From: Dickeya dadantii NCPPB 898
Lineage (GTDB): Bacteria; Pseudomonadota; Gammaproteobacteria; Enterobacterales; Enterobacteriaceae
Reading direction: 5' to 3'
Length of the DNA stretch: 32,000 bases
NCBI RefSeq assembly: GCF_000406145.1
Contig: NZ_CM001976.1
Location: forward strand, 3,935,372 to 3,967,371
A program made the translations under genes and the position numbers. Positions within the stretch are counted from its first letter, which is position 1. Every line of letters begins with the position of its first letter. This document shows, one piece after another, positions 28,988 through 32,000 of the stretch. Below the pieces are notes generated by a model that did no database searches, was not told the DNA's origin, and saw only the letters and a program-made list of their open reading frames with translations.

Positions 28988-29092
28988 GTGACCAGTCTTT
29001 ACGCTTTTTCCGCTGTTGCCCGGCTGGGTATCGCCGGTGTTTTGCTGGCGCTGTTATGGGGTTTGATTTCCTGGGCGGTGTCGCTGGCATGA
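28988..29092 (+). CDS. Small hydrophobic ORF (34 codons), first cistron of the metal ABC operon
   Basis: GTG 28988 has a strong SD aaggggga ending 6 nt upstream. It encodes (M)TSLYAFSAVARLGIAGVLLALLWGLISWAVSLA, one predicted TM helix. Its stop overlaps the ATPase ATG (ATGA at 29089-29092). An in-frame ATG at 28955 lies inside the Zur box and is less likely. It is below the ORF-track size cut-off. Confidence 0.4.
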   Translation: MTSLYAFSAVARLGIAGVLLALLWGLISWAVSLA

Positions 29093-29805
29093 CTGCACCA
29101 TACATGATCACACTGCATACACTGATGTTTGGTTATCCGGGCCAGCCGCCGCTGGGCACGCTGGACGGTTGTTTTGACAGTGGTTCGCTGACCGCCATCG
29201 TCGGCGCCAATGGCACCGGCAAATCCACCCTGCTGAAAACGCTGGCGGGATTGTTGCCGCCGCTTGGCGGTCATTTCTGCATGGCGCCGCAGGCGCGTCG
29301 TCAATTGGGCTACCTGCCGCAACTGGCCGAGTTCGACCGCCAGTTTCCGCTCAGCGTCAACGATCTGGTGTTGATGGGTTGCGTACCGCATTGCGGCATG
29401 TTTGGCCGCATTTCCGGCGCGTGGCGGAAAAAGGCTCACGACGCGCTGGATACCGTCGGCATGGCGGAGTTCGCGCCCGTGCATATCGGCACCCTCTCCG
29501 GCGGCCAGTTGCAGCGCGTGCTGTTTGCCCGGCTGCTGGTGATGCAGTCGCCGGTGATCCTGCTGGATGAACCCTTTACCGGTATCGATGCCCAGACCAC
29601 CCGCACATTGCTGACGGTGATCCGGCAGTTGCATCAGCAAGGCCGCACCATCCTGGCGGTGCTGCACGATCTGGAACAGGTGGAAGCGCACTTCCCGCGC
29701 GTGCTGATGCTCCGCCCGGAAGGTCACCGCTGGGGCGACTGCCGCGAGGTGCTGTCGTCCGCGCCCGCCGCGACCACCCCGCCGCAACTGAGGCTGGTGC
29801 CATGA
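29089..29805 (+). CDS. Metal (Zn/Mn-type) ABC transporter ATP-binding protein, ZnuC-like, 238 aa
   Basis: Walker A GANGTGKST sits at the position expected if the start is ATG 29089. Signature LSGGQLQRVLFARLL and Walker B ILLDEPFTGID are present. Confidence 0.9.
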   Translation: MTAPYMITLHTLMFGYPGQPPLGTLDGCFDSGSLTAIVGANGTGKSTLLKTLAGLLPPLGGHFCMAPQARRQLGYLPQLAEFDRQFPLSVNDLVLMGCVPHCGMFGRISGAWRKKAHDALDTVGMAEFAPVHIGTLSGGQLQRVLFARLLVMQSPVILLDEPFTGIDAQTTRTLLTVIRQLHQQGRTILAVLHDLEQVEAHFPRVLMLRPEGHRWGDCREVLSSAPAATTPPQLRLVP

Positions 29806-30656
29806 TGCTGATTCACCTGTTGACCGAACCGTTCGGCGATTTTGGCTTCATGCGCCGGGCGCTGGTCGGCTGTCTGGCGCTGACCCTGAGCGCCGCGCCG
29901 CTCGGCTGTTTCTTACTGCTGCGCCGCATGAGCCTGATCGGCGACGCGCTGTCTCACGCGGTGCTGCCCGGCGTGGCGATCGGCTACCTGATTTCCGGCA
30001 TGTCGCTGGTGGCGATGGGCGTGGGCGGGTTCATCGCCGGGCTGGCGGTGGCGATGCTGTCCGGCGTGGTCAGCCGTCACACCGAACTGAAGGAAGACGC
30101 CAGTTTCGCCGGGTTCTATCTCGGCTCACTGGCGCTGGGGGTGACGTTGGTGTCGCTGCGCGGTTCCAGCGTCGACCTGCTGCACGTGCTGTTCGGTTCC
30201 ATTCTGGCTATCGACGCCAATGCGCTGATCACCATTGGCGTCATCAGTTCCTGCTCGGTGCTGGTGCTGTCGTTGATCTACCGGGCGCTGGTGATCGAAT
30301 CGTTTGACGTCACCTTCCTGAAAATCCTGTCGCGCCGGTCGCGGGCGCTGATCCACGGCCTGTTTCTGTCGCTGGTGGTGCTGAATCTGGTGGCGGGCTT
30401 CCAGTTGCTCGGCACGCTGATGGCGGTCGGCATGATGATGTTGCCCGCCGCCTGCGCCCGCTTTTGGTCCCATCGCCTGCCGGTCATGCTGCTGACCGCG
30501 GTGGGCATCGGCGCCTGCGCCAGTTTGGTGGGGCTGACCTGGTCGTATTACGCCGATCTGCCCGCCGGCCCGGCGGTGATCCTCACCACCACGCTATTGT
30601 TCTGTTTTTCGGTTCTGTTCGGTTCCAATGGCGGCATGTTACGCACGCGTCGTTGA
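29802..30656 (+). CDS. Metal ABC transporter permease, ABC-3/ZnuB-like, 284 aa
   Basis: ATG overlaps the ATPase stop (ATGA). FMRRALVGCLALTLSAAPLGCFLLLRRMSLIGDALSHAVLPGVAIGYL is typical of the ZnuB/TroCD family. Confidence 0.9.
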   Translation: MMLIHLLTEPFGDFGFMRRALVGCLALTLSAAPLGCFLLLRRMSLIGDALSHAVLPGVAIGYLISGMSLVAMGVGGFIAGLAVAMLSGVVSRHTELKEDASFAGFYLGSLALGVTLVSLRGSSVDLLHVLFGSILAIDANALITIGVISSCSVLVLSLIYRALVIESFDVTFLKILSRRSRALIHGLFLSLVVLNLVAGFQLLGTLMAVGMMMLPAACARFWSHRLPVMLLTAVGIGACASLVGLTWSYYADLPAGPAVILTTTLLFCFSVLFGSNGGMLRTRR

Positions 30657-30699
30657 CAGTTGATGGTTTTTGCATGGCAAATACACGAAGAGGGAAAAA

Positions 30700-31578
30700 A
30701 TGAAACGTTCTGTTTTGGTTATGGCGCTGTCCAGCCTGCTGCTGAGCCCGCTGGCGATGGCGAAAGATCTGAATGTGGTGGCAAGTTTTTCGGTGCTGGG
30801 CGACATGGTCAGCCAGATTGGCGGCCAGCACGTACACGTGACCGACCTGGTGCAGCCGAACGGAGACCCGCATGAATTCGAACCGTCGCCGAAAGACAGC
30901 AAAACCCTGTCGCAGGCCGACGTGGTGTTCGTCAGCGGGCTGGGGCTGGAAGGCTGGCTGGACCGGCTGATCAAAGCCTCCGGCTACAAAGGCGAGGTGA
31001 TCACCGCGTCCAAAGGCATCAAAACCCTGAAAATGGAAGAAGACGGCAAAACCGTGACCGACCCGCACGCCTGGAACAGCATGAAAAACGGCATCATCTA
31101 CGCCCACAATATCGTCGATGCGCTGGTCAAGGCTGACCCGGAGCACGCCGACGAGTACCGCAAACAGGGCGACAGCTACATTCAGCAGTTACAACAGCTG
31201 GATGACTACGCCACCCAGACGTTTGCCGCTATTCCGAAAGAAAAGCGCAAAGTGCTGACCAGTCATGACGCCTTCGGCTATTTTGCCGCCGCCTACGGCG
31301 TGCATTTCCTGTCGCCGATCGGTTATTCCACCGAGTCCGAAGCCAGCAGCAAAACCGTGGCCAAACTGATCAATCAGATCAAGAAAGAGCACGTGAAGCT
31401 GTACTTCATTGAGAACCAGACCGACCCGCGTCTGGTGAAACAAATCGCCGACGCCAGCGGCGCGCAGCCAGGCGGCGAGCTCTATCCGGAAGCGTTGACC
31501 GACAGCAACGGCCCGGCCGCCACCTACACCGCGGCGTTTAAACACAACGTCGATACCATCGCGGCGGGGATGAAGTAA
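30700..31578 (+). CDS. Metal ABC transporter substrate-binding protein, ZnuA/TroA (cluster A-I) family, 292 aa
   Basis: Start at ATG 30700 (MKRSVLVMALSSLLLSPLAMA, a signal peptide) after gaagaggga. KDLNVVASFSVLGDMV...GDPHEFEPSPKD...DPHAWNS carry the metal-ligand His/Asp/Glu blocks of the family. No long His-rich loop is present. Confidence 0.9.
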   Translation: MKRSVLVMALSSLLLSPLAMAKDLNVVASFSVLGDMVSQIGGQHVHVTDLVQPNGDPHEFEPSPKDSKTLSQADVVFVSGLGLEGWLDRLIKASGYKGEVITASKGIKTLKMEEDGKTVTDPHAWNSMKNGIIYAHNIVDALVKADPEHADEYRKQGDSYIQQLQQLDDYATQTFAAIPKEKRKVLTSHDAFGYFAAAYGVHFLSPIGYSTESEASSKTVAKLINQIKKEHVKLYFIENQTDPRLVKQIADASGAQPGGELYPEALTDSNGPAATYTAAFKHNVDTIAAGMK

Positions 31579-31616
31579 GCCGCCCTGTGATTGATTCGGA
31601 CGACTATTGATTCGGA

Positions 31617-31646
31617 CCGCTGCCGCCGTCTCCCGGTCGGCAGCGG
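31617..31646 (+). terminator. GC-rich hairpin after the binding-protein gene (weak intrinsic-terminator candidate)
   Basis: ccgctgccg (31618-31626) pairs with cggcagcgg (31638-31646). Only TT follows, with no U-run. A 12-bp direct repeat attgattcggac x2 lies just upstream (about 31589-31617). Confidence 0.25.
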
Positions 31647-31744
31647 TTACGTCTCCGCGCAGAGCACCGCCGACGGCGGTGTGAGGCTGTTGACAAACAG
31701 CTATATTGTCTTGTGAATGGTGAAGTTTGTCCGGTCAGTGAATA

Positions 31745-32000
31745 ATTTCGTGCGGGATAAACGGTGTAATTTCTTTGCTGCTTCATTGCACGCACGACAA
31801 GGAGAGGTGCAAGCGCCACCTCTCCTTGACCACTGGCTGGTGGCTAAACTGCGGCGCTACGCGCTACCTTCGGCGTTCGACTTCGCGGTTCGGGCCGCCC
31901 GTGACGTGATTACTCGCCCCATCCCTGGGGCTCGCCCTACGGGCCAGCGTAAACGCTGTTCAAAAACGCTCCCGACGTTTTTGTCCAACACGGCACGGGC
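31745..32000 (-). repeat. Structured intergenic repeat element, copy B (inverted relative to copy A; truncated by the window end; mosaic)
   Basis: See copy A for the alignment. The hairpin here is caaggagaggtg/cacctctccttg (31798-31809 / 31817-31828), with a compensatory change relative to copy A (C:G -> T:A at the stem top). It carries an ~84-nt insertion (31907-31990) absent from copy A. That insertion contains its own hairpins (gcccca/tggggc; aaaaacg/cgttttt at 31962-31982). Confidence 0.75.

Noticed and set aside
31604-31819. 71-aa minus-strand ORF after the zinc-importer operon
   Set aside because: It overlaps the terminator-like hairpins and the edge of repeat copy B. It is Arg-rich with no RBS.
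640-32000. The two inverted repeat copies as arms of a programmed 31-kb invertible segment
   Set aside because: No recombinase gene is in the window. Identity is only ~80-85%, with perfect runs of about 20 nt, and the copies look like members of a dispersed mosaic repeat family. It is kept only as a low-probability remark.

Overview
High-GC, gamma-proteobacterial window; the gene content looks like a soft-rot Enterobacterales chromosome, but that taxon is a guess. It splits into four blocks. (1) nt 1-15756, + strand: the distal spike/baseplate/ruler half of a phage-tail-like extracellular contractile injection system (eCIS, Afp/PVC-type) operon. In order it encodes a VgrG-like spike (5' end outside the window), a PAAR tip, a gp25-like protein, a 1373-aa Baseplate_J-like wedge protein, a 275-aa fibre-like protein, an 840-aa second wedge protein, a 1302-aa CIS tape-measure-like protein, and an 822-aa exported protein that is not a standard eCIS part (peptidoglycan-binding-like motif, degenerate GH18-like region, three C-terminal TM helices). 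This block also holds a ~250-bp structured repeat wedged between the spike and PAAR genes, two 17-bp tandem arrays in front of the two non-core genes, and several in-frame 15-bp tandem repeats inside structural genes. (2) nt 15804-26996: a LacI-controlled carbohydrate locus. It contains a 6-gene minus-strand operon (826-aa multidomain enzyme, GH88/GH105-family hydrolase, ABC ATPase, two permeases, LacI) and a divergent plus-strand unit (solute-binding protein, a truncated BadF-type kinase paralogue, a full BadF-type sugar kinase). Between them lies an AT-rich control region with two perfect ATGCAAA(A)TTTGCAT palindromes. (3) nt 27007-28705, minus strand: a ModA/ModB-like oxyanion binding protein plus permease with no ATPase gene. 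(4) nt 28951-31578, + strand: a Zur-box-preceded metal (Zn/Mn-type) ABC importer, consisting of a 34-codon hydrophobic ORF, an ATPase, a permease and a binding protein. It is followed by a second, inverted, mosaic copy of the structured repeat that runs off the window end. No rRNA, tRNA, CRISPR array, transposase or integrase was recognised. The most interesting material is the non-canonical eCIS tail end, especially the 822-aa envelope protein and the repeat/regulatory architecture around it.
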